DNA of 64,000 nucleotides from Candidatus Doudnabacteria bacterium (GCA_037200925.1 JBBCGO010000001.1:73552-137551); one strand, 5' to 3'. Shown: positions 54,048 through 63,089, numbered from the stretch's first letter. Made by a program: numbers and translations. Notes: generated from the sequence alone by a model not told the origin.

Positions 54048-55542
54048 TTTCATAGATAACTATCTGAACAAGATCACGATGTACCGTCTGGTGCTGTATT
54101 TTTTGGCGGCACTTATGATCTGGGCTATCGGTCTTTGTTTTTTTGGTGTTCTGGCGTTCAAACCACTTGATCTTATTTTTTCAGCCGTTATTTTGATAGC
54201 GGCCTCGTGGATAGCCAACGCCCTGTTCGCCGCGGCTTTTAAAGTTCCTGCCAACGTTGAATCAGATTATATTACAGCTCTGATTTTAGCGCTGATCATC
54301 ACACCGCCGTCAGCCACCGGCTCTCATTATTTTTCGGGATTGGCTTTTCTGATCGCAGCAGCTGTGCTGGCGCAGGCTTCCAAGTATATTTTGGCTTACA
54401 AGGCAAAACATATTTTTAACCCGGCGGCATTTGCTCTGGTCGTAACCGCATTTACTATCAACCAGTCGCCCAGCTGGTGGATCGGAACGCTTTGGATGCT
54501 GCCGGTGGTGCTGATCGGCGGGCTTTTGGTCGCGCGAAAGATCCAAAGGTTTGACCTGGTTCTAAGTTTCCTGGTCATGGCTCTAGTTTCAATTATTGCC
54601 CTGTCTCCCTCCAAATCAGATCCGGTATTTTTGGTTCGCAAGATCCTTGTTGATTCACCGATCGTGTTTTTTGCCTTTATCATGCTGACCGAGCCTGTCA
54701 CAACACCGCCGACCATGAGGCGGAGGATCTTTTATGGCGCATTCGTCGGGTTGCTGTTCGGCCCTTCGGTCCACATCGGCAATATTTACTCCACGCCTGA
54801 GCTTGCGTTAGTGGTGGGAAATGTTTTTGCTTATATTCTGAGCCCAAAAGTAAAGCACCTTCTAACCCTTAAATCTAAAGAAGCCGTTGGTGCGGATACT
54901 TATGACCTCGTCTTCCAATCCAAACACCCGATGAAATTTGAGCCGGGCCAGTATCTGGAATGGACCGTCGGCCATAAAAAACCCGACAATCGGGGCAACC
55001 GCAGATACTTTACTATCGCCTCGTCGCCTACGGAACCGGAAGTGCATCTTGGCGTAAAATTTTATCCTCAAGCAAGCAGCTTTAAACGAACTTTGTTCGA
55101 TCTGCCTGCCGGCAGCCATGTTCTGGCCGGTCAACTAGCAGGTGATTTTACCTTGCCCCAAGATCAGGCGAGAAAACTGGCTTTTATCGCAGGAGGCATA
55201 GGCATCACGCCTTTTAGGAGCATGGTCAAATACCTGTCGGATAAAAATGAAAAGCGCGACATTGTCCTGTTCTATTCGAACAAAACCGAGGGAGAGGTCG
55301 CGTATAAGGACGTTTTATCGGCAGCTTCCGAAAAGATAAACTTGAAAACGATCTACCTGATAACGGAAAAAACAGGCTATTTGACTGCTGAAAAGATCAG
55401 GGCGGAAGCGCCGGATTTTTTTGACCGGACTTTTTATGTTTCCGGCCCGCGCGGCATGGTCCGGGCTTTTGAAAAGACCTTAAATGATATGGGCATTCCC
55501 AGAACGCAGATCAAGACAGACTTTTTCCCGGGTTTTGTTTGA
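54025..55542 (+). CDS. Polytopic membrane protein fused to an FNR-like FAD/NAD(P)-binding oxidoreductase domain
   Basis: An ~8-TM N-terminal half, then 'RYFTIASSP' (RxYS FAD motif), 'AFIAGGIGITPFRSM' (NAD(P) GxGxxP) and 'FYVSGPRGMV'. Confidence 0.65.
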   Translation: MESIQMLNFIDNYLNKITMYRLVLYFLAALMIWAIGLCFFGVLAFKPLDLIFSAVILIAASWIANALFAAAFKVPANVESDYITALILALIITPPSATGSHYFSGLAFLIAAAVLAQASKYILAYKAKHIFNPAAFALVVTAFTINQSPSWWIGTLWMLPVVLIGGLLVARKIQRFDLVLSFLVMALVSIIALSPSKSDPVFLVRKILVDSPIVFFAFIMLTEPVTTPPTMRRRIFYGAFVGLLFGPSVHIGNIYSTPELALVVGNVFAYILSPKVKHLLTLKSKEAVGADTYDLVFQSKHPMKFEPGQYLEWTVGHKKPDNRGNRRYFTIASSPTEPEVHLGVKFYPQASSFKRTLFDLPAGSHVLAGQLAGDFTLPQDQARKLAFIAGGIGITPFRSMVKYLSDKNEKRDIVLFYSNKTEGEVAYKDVLSAASEKINLKTIYLITEKTGYLTAEKIRAEAPDFFDRTFYVSGPRGMVRAFEKTLNDMGIPRTQIKTDFFPGFV

Positions 55543-55614
55543 GGGTTGTGGATAAAATCCGTTTGACTCAGAAACCATTTTTGCTAGTATAGGGCATAAT
55601 TAAGAAAGAAATCT

Positions 55615-56629
55615 ATGCCAAAAATAATGGCGGAATATATCTGGGTTGACGGGGGAAAACCGACGGCCAGCCTGCGCTCAAAGACAAAAATTTTGGATTA
55701 TGAGGTCAGGATCTTATCTGACGCACCGGACTGGGGATTTGACGGCTCTTCCACTATGCAGGCCGAAGGCCCACAACAGCGATTGCGCACTGAAGCCCGT
55801 GTTCTTTGTCCCTGACCCGATCCGCGGTGCGCCGCACGTTTTGGTTTTATGCGAAGTTTTTGAAGCAAGCGGCATGGCGCATCCGAGCAATACCCGTGCG
55901 AGACTTCGAACTCTCGCAGAAACATACAAAGACCTGGAACCGTGGTTTGGCATAGAACAGGAATACACTTTATTTAAAAACGAGCGACCGCTGGGATTTC
56001 CCAAGGATGGGTTTCCTGCTCCACAAGGGCCATACTATTGCGGCGTCGGTGCGGAAAAGATCTTCGGCAGGGGATTGATAGAGGACCATATGGGCGTTTG
56101 CATAAGAGCCGGCCTTCAGATCTGTGGCATCAATGCCGAAGTTATGCCGGGGCAATGGGAATTTCAAATAGGTCCGTTGGGCTCTCTGGCGGTTTCAGAT
56201 CACATGATGGTCGCCCGATGGCTTTTGGAAAGGCTGGGGGAGAACTACGGCATTGCGGTTTCTTTTTCACCCAAACCGGTCTTGGGCGACTGGAACGGTG
56301 CCGGGGGCTCACGTAAATTTTTCCACCAAGGCCATGCGAGCGCCGGGAGGAATAGAAGCCGTCAAAGAAGCCTGCGAGAAACTGAAATTGAAGCATACCG
56401 AGCATATTGCCGTTTACGGGGGCGGGAAATGGACACCAGGCTGACCGGAAAGCACGAAACCGCAAACATCAACGAATTTCGATATGGCGTTTCTGATCGC
56501 GGAGCATCGATCAGAATTCCCATGTCCACCGCCAACAATAAATCCGGCTATTTGGAGGACAGAAGGCCTGCCGCAAACATGGACCCTTATCAGGTTACGG
56601 CACGGTTGATCGAAACCGTTGCCGGCTGA
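55615..56629 (+). pseudogene. glnA: Type II (eukaryote-like) glutamine synthetase, disrupted by three homopolymer frameshifts
   Basis: 'MAEYIWVDGG', 'WGFDGSSTMQAEG', 'LVLCEVF', 'FGIEQEYTLF', 'GPYYCGVG', 'NAEVMPGQWEFQIGP', '[10 protein letters not shown]', '[28 protein letters not shown]' and 'YLEDRRPAANMDPY' are spread over three frames. The shifts are at CCC 55770..55772 (+1), G5 56303..56307 (+1) and AAA 56427..56429 (-1). Confidence 0.8.
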
Positions 56630-56644
56630 TGGGGAAATCTCAAA

Positions 56645-56668
56645 GTCGCCTAGTAGGCGGCTTTTTGG
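56645..56668 (+). terminator. Rho-independent terminator after the GS locus
   Basis: 'cgcctagtaggcggcttttt'. Confidence 0.5.
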
Positions 56669-56707
56669 TATGATTATGTATATCGCAAGCGTAAGTATTT
56701 GAAACTC

Positions 56708-57085
56708 ATGAAAGAAGACAAACTGGCCAAAGAACTGGAAACTTACAGGCAATTGGCCAAAAATGATAAAAAGATCGATGTTGCAAGCCTGGCGATAAGC
56801 GCCATGCTGCAGCAGGAATCCAACCGTGCTCACCGCTTAAAGAAAAGCGCTGGGCTTATCTGATCTCCATCGGCGTGCCGCCGTTTGGGCCTGTTCTTTG
56901 CCTTTAAGTTCTATTTCAGCGGCAAGGACGACGGGGAACAAGCCGCCTGGATCTGCGCGTTGCTGACAGCCGTGTCGCTTCTGTCATTTGTGCTGATCGG
57001 CAAGATCCTTTTATCATCAAGCGGCACAAATGTAAACCAGATCACGCCGTCGCTCATTCCGCAACTGCAGCAGATTACGAACTAG
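56708..57085 (+). pseudogene. Possible small membrane protein (TM2-domain-like), interrupted by an in-frame stop or two frameshifts
   Basis: ATG 56708 runs to TGA 56863. ORF 56885..57085 is in the same frame. The intervening +1 frame reads 'KEKRWAYLISIGVPPFGPV'. The downstream 'FKFYFSGK...AAWICALLTAVSLLSFVLIGKIL' resembles a TM2 domain. Weak. Confidence 0.25.
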
Positions 57086-57337
57086 CACTTCCATTTCTAA
57101 ATCGAAACTACCTAAAAACCCCGTCATAGGCGGGGTTTTTAGCAAAAAGGTTGACGTTTCCATTGTATGTAGGCAACACTCCTAATTAATTTATTAGGCC
57201 AAAGGCCTAGCCGGCCTGCTGGCTGGTTGCTACGAGGAAACGCATACTTGCGCTACTTCATTTAGCATCCTTATATCTCTCCCTTCAAAGTTATCTTAAT
57301 ACCAGGCTATTAATTGTCAATTAGTACGAATGCACAA

Positions 57338-58725
57338 CTAGTAAGAATCCCGGTCATTGCGATAACTGATACGGTTCGAGTCAAAAGGCTTCCGGTGATT
57401 GGCATCAAAACCCTGGTCCTGCGGCGCTCCCGGCTTGTGCGCGGAAACTGCTCGCGTTGTTTGAAGCGGCTTTTGGATTTTCTGCCTCCTGAGGGGAAAT
57501 TGCCTTGGCCTGTCGCTTCTTGGGAAGCGTTCATTCCTCTGCTGGGTTTGCCGCACATAACCGTGCCTTGGCTGTTCGGGCTGCGTAAACCCTGTTGCCA
57601 GGTCCGGGGATTGTTTTACGGGCAGATTGATCTTGATCAGGCGCTCAATGGACCGAACATCCTGCCTCTGGTCGGGAGTGGCAAACGACACAGCTTTGCC
57701 CGACATTCCTGCTCTGGCCGTTCGGCCGATGCGGGTGCACATAGTCCTCCGGATTTTCCGGCAGGTCATAATTGATAACCAGTTCAATTCCGGTGACATC
57801 AATGCCGCGCGCTGCAATGTCTGTGGCGACGAGAACTCTATGCCGGCCGATCTTAAATCCCTCCAAAGCTTCCTTTCGCTGGCCCAAAGATCGGTTTGAA
57901 TGGATCTCTGATGCGGTATGCCCCATATTTCTTACGGCATGCGCGATCTTTTTTGCGCCGTATTTCGTCCGGGTAAAGATCAGCACCGAACCTTTATGTT
58001 CAGCCCAGAACTTTGGCAAGCAACGCCAGTTTTTTTTCGCGGTTAACAAAAAATACTTCTTGGGTCACATCGCTCGCAGTGGATCCGGCGGGGGCGACTT
58101 CAATCCTTATCGGAAGAGACATGTATGTTGTGGCGATCCGCACGATCGGATCAGGCATGGTGGCGGAGAACAGCATGGTCTGGCGCACCTTCGGGACCTT
58201 TGCCAGAATTTTCCGGATCTGCGGCTCAAAGCCCATATCCAGCATTCGGTCAGCCTCATCCAGGACCAGAATTGAAACGTTTGACAGATCTAGCGTGCGC
58301 TGTTCCAGATGGTCGTTCAACCGCCCCGGCGTGCCGATGACGATATGAGGGTTCTGCCTTAGCGCGCGGATCTGGCGGTTTATAGGTTCGCCGCCGATGA
58401 GCACTGCGGTTTTAAGCCCGAGCGAACGGCCGATCTTTTGTAATGCTTCGTCCACCTGGATGGCCAGTTCACGGGTCGGCAAAATAACCAGACCGCGGCC
58501 TTTATGCTGGACCAGCCGCTGGATCATAGGAATACCAAAAGCCAGGGTCTTGCCGGTCCCTGTTTGAGCAATGCCCATGACATCCTTGCCTGCGATCGCG
58601 ATCGGTATTGATTGATGCTGGATCGGAGTCGGGGTAATAAATTTTAATTGCGCTAAAATCTCCAGAAGCTTAGGCGCAATTCCTAAGCCTTCAAATGAGG
58701 TAGTCTGCAACGCTTGAGCGTTCAT
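57338..58725 (-). CDS. DEAD-box ATP-dependent RNA helicase (RhlE/DeaD-like); the reading frame is broken twice at homopolymers
   Basis: Q motif, 'AQTGTGKT', 'PTRELA', 'DEAD', 'SAT' in ORF 58000..58725. 'VLIFTRTKYG...ARGID' is in ORF 57645..58049. 'RIGRTARAG' is in ORF 57338..57817. Shifts are at plus-strand CCC 58003..58005 and GGG 57733..57735. Confidence 0.8.
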
Positions 58726-58846
58726 AAAAAAATTCTTGACCCGAGCTCCAATGGGTCAAGAAAGACAATATTGGTTTCGAGTCGGTATAAATTGAATGAC
58801 AACTAATTTTAACTTTTTTTGGCCGTTTTGTCAATACTTTGATAAA

Positions 58847-60622
58847 ATGGCTAATATGGAACGAAATCAAAAATCTCTCGCGGTAGTAATCCTGATGCTT
58901 ATCTTCACTGTTTGGTTTTTGCATAACACCAAATTGGATTTTCATTTGATCTTCCAAAAAGACCTTCTGGCGCAGGATGAGTCTTCCAATTCCGTGGTCG
59001 AAGCCAACATTACGCGCAAATTTTTTCCGCCCATGGTTCGGGTCAATCCGCTGAATGAACAGCAGGGGAACTGGATGGAAGGACCTTACTGGCAGCATAT
59101 CCCGCCCCTGTTTGCATATGTGCCTTATTTATTTTTTAAACTTGACGGGCAGGTGACGATAGAGGTCAAAAGATTATCTTATGCGTTTGTAGTTTTGCTC
59201 ACAGGCTTTTTGTTCATCTGGAGCATTTATCGGTTCAAAAAAAGTTTGCTCGCAGCCGGGGCTGCAGCCTTGGCAGCATTTTTTTGGATCAGCACGCCTT
59301 TCACGCAGGAACTGATCACAGGTTATGCATTTGGGGTGTCAGATATTGTTTTGGCGTTCACCGCAGTCTGCGGATTTTCTGCAGTTCTTTGGTATCTGGA
59401 AAGAGAGCGGGAAGAACGCATTAATTATCCTTTTTGGAAACTAGCTGCTATCGGTTTGATCGTTGCTTTGCCGATCATGGCCAAAAACATACTTGGGGCA
59501 ATACCGGGCGCCGCATTTTTTGGCTTGCTTTTGTGGGATAGGAAAATGATCGACAAAAAAGTTCTTGCTGCAGCCGGCTCGTTTCTGGTTTTTTTGGCGC
59601 TTTATTTTCTGCCCCTATATTTCGCCTCGCCGCAAACTTTCAAAATAGAATTCTTAGTTTCATTCCTGCATTTCAAGCAGTTGGAAGGATGGGGCAGGCC
59701 CTGGCATTGGTATGTGACGAATTATCTGCCGCAAAGATACTTGGGGCGCTGGACATGGGTTTATTATCTTGGGCTGATGCTTGGAGTGATCTTAAATTAT
59801 AAATTTGAAATTATAGATCGCAAAGACAGGATTCTTCTCTGGCTGTCCGGCGGCTGGTTTATTTGGAATTTAGTCGCAATTTCCTTGGTCACGTCCAAAG
59901 TCCCGAATTTTATTTACCAAAGCTATTTGTTCAGTTTATTTTTTGTAATTTACGCCATACTCGCATTTGCGAGGAGGGCAGCGACGCGGCAATCGGCTCT
60001 CGGCAGGATAGAGGGAGCTCCGCAGTTTAGACTGCCACGCCTCGCAAGCGAGGCTCGCAGATTCGTAAACAAAGCGATAGTCGCTGGTTTGATTTTATCA
60101 ATGCTTGCAACCGCCTATGAAAGCGTCAGATTTATCCAGCAATTCAAGGTACAGCGCGCGCAAGCCTACGATTATCAGACCGAGCACGAGAAATTTTATC
60201 AAACCGCGGAAGAACTGCGGACTATGGGATTGAACACAAAGGATTTAATTATCGTCCGCGTTTCTGACAATGATTGCTGGTTCCGCTACTATCCGCTGTT
60301 TTTGACAGGCACAGAGTCAAAAACTCTGCTTGAGATGAATTTTGGTTATGATCCCGATGCCATCAAGCAGCAATATTCGCGCATGTTTTTTGTGGAAAAT
60401 AAATCAGAGCCCGACTTTAACGAAAACCGCCGGATAGAATTAGCCGATTATTCGCTGCTTGAATTTGATCTGGGCCAGCTGAACCCCGGCCAAATAAAAG
60501 CATTGGTTGATTCATTTGTCAGTTTTCATGCTCAGGACATCCAGCAGGATATTTTACGCATAAAAAAAGACAAGACCTCTTGCCAGTGGCTGGTTCCTGA
60601 TCCGATATTGAACGCCCCGTGA
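58847..60622 (+). CDS. GT-C fold glycosyltransferase (GT39/GT83, PMT/ArnT-like), ~12 TM
   Basis: First-loop acidic motif 'QDESSNSVVEAN', then 'GNWMEGPYWQHIPPLFAYVPY', characteristic of PMT_2/ArnT-like enzymes. Large C-terminal soluble domain. Start 58847 or 58856; the ORF track starts at 58796. Confidence 0.6.
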   Translation: MANMERNQKSLAVVILMLIFTVWFLHNTKLDFHLIFQKDLLAQDESSNSVVEANITRKFFPPMVRVNPLNEQQGNWMEGPYWQHIPPLFAYVPYLFFKLDGQVTIEVKRLSYAFVVLLTGFLFIWSIYRFKKSLLAAGAAALAAFFWISTPFTQELITGYAFGVSDIVLAFTAVCGFSAVLWYLEREREERINYPFWKLAAIGLIVALPIMAKNILGAIPGAAFFGLLLWDRKMIDKKVLAAAGSFLVFLALYFLPLYFASPQTFKIEFLVSFLHFKQLEGWGRPWHWYVTNYLPQRYLGRWTWVYYLGLMLGVILNYKFEIIDRKDRILLWLSGGWFIWNLVAISLVTSKVPNFIYQSYLFSLFFVIYAILAFARRAATRQSALGRIEGAPQFRLPRLASEARRFVNKAIVAGLILSMLATAYESVRFIQQFKVQRAQAYDYQTEHEKFYQTAEELRTMGLNTKDLIIVRVSDNDCWFRYYPLFLTGTESKTLLEMNFGYDPDAIKQQYSRMFFVENKSEPDFNENRRIELADYSLLEFDLGQLNPGQIKALVDSFVSFHAQDIQQDILRIKKDKTSCQWLVPDPILNAP

Positions 60623-60623
60623 T

Positions 60624-60893
60624 CTATTCTTCAGTAACCTTATCGATAAAGCAATATTTCCAATGCTCTCCCGGCTGAAATGACCTGATCACCGGGTGTT
60701 TGGTTTTTTGGAAATGCTTGGTCGCGTGCTTGTTTTTTGACTGGTCACAGCAGCCGACATGGCCGCAAGTCAGGCAAAGCCGCAGATGAACCCATTCATC
60801 CCCGGATTTGAGGCATTCCTCACATCCTTCGGGAGTTTTGGGAACAACATCGTCGTTTGCAACCTCCAGATGTTTGCAAGTATCCATAATCAT
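60624..60893 (-). CDS. UBP-type zinc-finger (zf-UBP) protein
   Basis: 'CKHLEV...CEECLKSGDEWVHLRLCLTCGHVGCCDQSKNKHATKHFQKTKHPV' follows the zf-UBP Cys/His pattern. Confidence 0.65.
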   Translation of the reverse strand: MIMDTCKHLEVANDDVVPKTPEGCEECLKSGDEWVHLRLCLTCGHVGCCDQSKNKHATKHFQKTKHPVIRSFQPGEHWKYCFIDKVTEE

Positions 60894-60960
60894 TGCTTTT
60901 ACTTGGAATTTTGTTTAAAAATCCAATTGATTTCTTACAGGATTATTTTAGCATAATATT

Positions 60961-61146
60961 ATGGCAAAGTACGGAAAAAAAGCCCAACAAAAAGTCAAGC
61001 GCGCCATCCATGAATTCAAAAGAGGCGAGCTTGAATCCGGAGTGTCGGGAAGAAAAGTAAAAAGCCGAAAGCAGGCGATCGCTATCGGTCTTTCTGAGGC
61101 GCGAAAAAGAGGAGCAAAAGTTCCCGCGCCAAAATCCCGCGGTTAG
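60961..61146 (+). CDS. Small conserved basic protein of unknown function
   Basis: 'MAKYGKKAQQKVKRAIHEFKRGELESG...KQAIAIGLSEARKRGAKVP' belongs to a widespread small-protein family. Confidence 0.5.
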   Translation: MAKYGKKAQQKVKRAIHEFKRGELESGVSGRKVKSRKQAIAIGLSEARKRGAKVPAPKSRG

Positions 61147-61231
61147 ACATTTCCGAATATCCTCAAGCATTGTTGACGCTGCTTGGGTCAACTGCTATAT
61201 TTTGCGTGAAAGCTTTTTGAGGGAGGGCGGC

Positions 61232-61426
61232 ATGGCACAGATGCACTCGCCATTTCAAAACAAAGGAAGGATTAAGAAAGGCACGCCAAAAAAAACAAGC
61301 TCAAGGCCGCCCCATCAGCAGTCCCGGCGGCCGGATCAGCGAGGGTATGCTGCAGATCGAAGAGCCAACTGCGCGTCCCCCAGCCGCGGGAAGCACCAGA
61401 TGCTTCGAAAAGCTTCAGCCGCGTAG
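61232..61426 (+). CDS. Hypothetical very basic 64-aa protein; GC-rich cassette
   Basis: GGAGGG sits 4 nt before ATG 61232. About 60% GC. A terminator follows directly. Inside ORF 61202..61426. Confidence 0.3.
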   Translation: MAQMHSPFQNKGRIKKGTPKKTSSRPPHQQSRRPDQRGYAADRRANCASPSRGKHQMLRKASAA

Positions 61427-61496
61427 CACATGTTCACACAGGCGGCGGAGTGCGGTAACTTTTCGAGCCGCAGGAGAGCGGAAACACATAACAACC

Positions 61497-61528
61497 AGGC
61501 ATCCGGCGCTATCGGATGCTTTTTCTTT
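61497..61528 (+). terminator. Rho-independent terminator with a C-interrupted T-tract
   Basis: 'gcatccggcgctatcggatgctttttcttttt'. Confidence 0.7.
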
Positions 61529-61562
61529 TTGCTATAATCACAAAGCAATTAATCATATTCTT

Positions 61563-62321
61563 ATGGAAACTAATATCAAACCATGGCTTTGGCAGACTTT
61601 AGCGGTTTTATTGAGCTTGTTTTTGGCTTTAATCGTCGTGGATAAACTTTATGCTGTTTATCAGGATTTTCATCCCTCCGTTTCGAAAAATACGATCTCT
61701 ATGGCCGCGGACGGAAAGGCTTCGGCAGCGCCTGACCTGGCCACGATCAATATCGGGGTTATTTCCAGCGGTTCAACCGCCAAGCAAGTGCAGGATGATA
61801 TGACCGCGAAAGCGAACAGCATCACGGATTTCGCAAAACAGCAGGGGATCGATCCAAAAGACATCACAACTTCCAATTTCAGCGTTTCTCCGACCTATGA
61901 TTATCAGAACGGTAAAAATACGATCAACGGCTATCAGGGCAACCAGAGCATCACCGTGAAGGTCCACGGAGTGGACAAATCTACCGATACGCTGAGCAAG
62001 ATCTTGGGTGGGGCTGCGACCAATGGCAGTAATCAGATCCAGGGCGTATCGTTCAGTTTTGAAGATCCGGATAACCTGAAACAGCAGGCCCGCCTTATGG
62101 CAGTGGCTAAAGCCAGGGCGAATGCCCAGGACTTGGCTTCGGCCTCCGGGTTAACGCTGGGGAAAGTTATCAGCATCTCGGAAGGCAGTTCAAATATCCC
62201 GGGCCCGATCCCGTACGGCATAAGCCCGGGAGTAGCTGCTGATGTCAAATCATTGCCTACGATCGAGCCCGGCAGCCAGGATGTAACAGTTACCGTAAAT
62301 GTTACGTTTGAAATAAAATAA
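61563..62321 (+). CDS. SIMPL-domain (DUF541) protein with signal anchor
   Basis: 'ATINIGVISSGSTAKQVQDDMTAKANSITDFAK...NGYQGNQSITVKV...LMAVAKARANAQDLA' matches the SIMPL family. The ORF track starts at 61347; ATG 'METNIKPW' at 61563. Confidence 0.7.
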   Translation: METNIKPWLWQTLAVLLSLFLALIVVDKLYAVYQDFHPSVSKNTISMAADGKASAAPDLATINIGVISSGSTAKQVQDDMTAKANSITDFAKQQGIDPKDITTSNFSVSPTYDYQNGKNTINGYQGNQSITVKVHGVDKSTDTLSKILGGAATNGSNQIQGVSFSFEDPDNLKQQARLMAVAKARANAQDLASASGLTLGKVISISEGSSNIPGPIPYGISPGVAADVKSLPTIEPGSQDVTVTVNVTFEIK

Positions 62322-62333
62322 TTAACTGGATTT

Positions 62334-62486
62334 ATGGAAAAACATTATGTCTGTCCGGTTTGCGGCGGTGTATCATCTACGCCCAAGAATTGTGATACCC
62401 AGGGCTGCTCCTTAAAAGGACAACCCATGAGGCTTTGCACTTGCACGGACGGCAAGCATGAAGCCGTTATCAGCGACCAGCTTTAG
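62334..62486 (+). CDS. Small Cys-rich (zinc-ribbon-like) protein, 50 aa
   Basis: 'MEKHYVCPVCGGVSSTPKNCDTQGCSLKGQPMRLCTCTDGKHE'. Not in the ORF track because it is under 60 aa. Confidence 0.3.
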   Translation: MEKHYVCPVCGGVSSTPKNCDTQGCSLKGQPMRLCTCTDGKHEAVISDQL

Positions 62487-62488
62487 GC

Positions 62489-63046
62489 ATGGAGAATCGG
62501 GAAATTGAGGTTAAATTTTTAGAGATCGACAAAGCTGTTTTGATTGAAAGACTTTTGGATTTGGGATCTCAAGACCTGGGCGAGGAGCTAATTACCGAGC
62601 AGATCTTTTATGACAAGGAAAAAAAATGGATCAGTGAACATAAGTTTATCCGCATCCGCACAACCGGCAAGGGAATTTTTCTTACATATAAGCACAAGGA
62701 AGACAGGACTGCCACAGGCACTCTTGAGATAGAATTTCAAATAAATGAGCCGGGGAAAGCCTCTGCTTTTTTGACAGCGTTGGATCTGGTCATGTTCAGA
62801 ACCCAGGAAAAAAAAAGGCACAAATTCAAGCTTGGAGATATAACCGTCGATATCGACACATGGCCTAAAATCCCGACGTATGTGGAGCTTGAGGGCCCTA
62901 CAGAGGAGGCAATCATGGATGCATCAAAAAAATTAGGCTTTGATTGGAGCAAAGGAGTTTTCGGCACCGCCGCGTACATAATCGAAGAGGTTTACAATAT
63001 ACCGGTTCGTCAGCTGCGTTATTTTACTTTTGACCGCACGGAATAA
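62489..63046 (+). CDS. CYTH-domain protein (CyaB/ThTPase-like triphosphate tunnel metalloenzyme)
   Basis: N-terminal 'EIEVKFL' ExExK motif, plus an acidic 'VELEGP' segment. Confidence 0.7.
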   Translation: MENREIEVKFLEIDKAVLIERLLDLGSQDLGEELITEQIFYDKEKKWISEHKFIRIRTTGKGIFLTYKHKEDRTATGTLEIEFQINEPGKASAFLTALDLVMFRTQEKKRHKFKLGDITVDIDTWPKIPTYVELEGPTEEAIMDASKKLGFDWSKGVFGTAAYIIEEVYNIPVRQLRYFTFDRTE

Positions 63047-63089
63047 AAAAAAGCGCGAGCTTTATGCTCAGCGCTTCTTAAGTATTATG

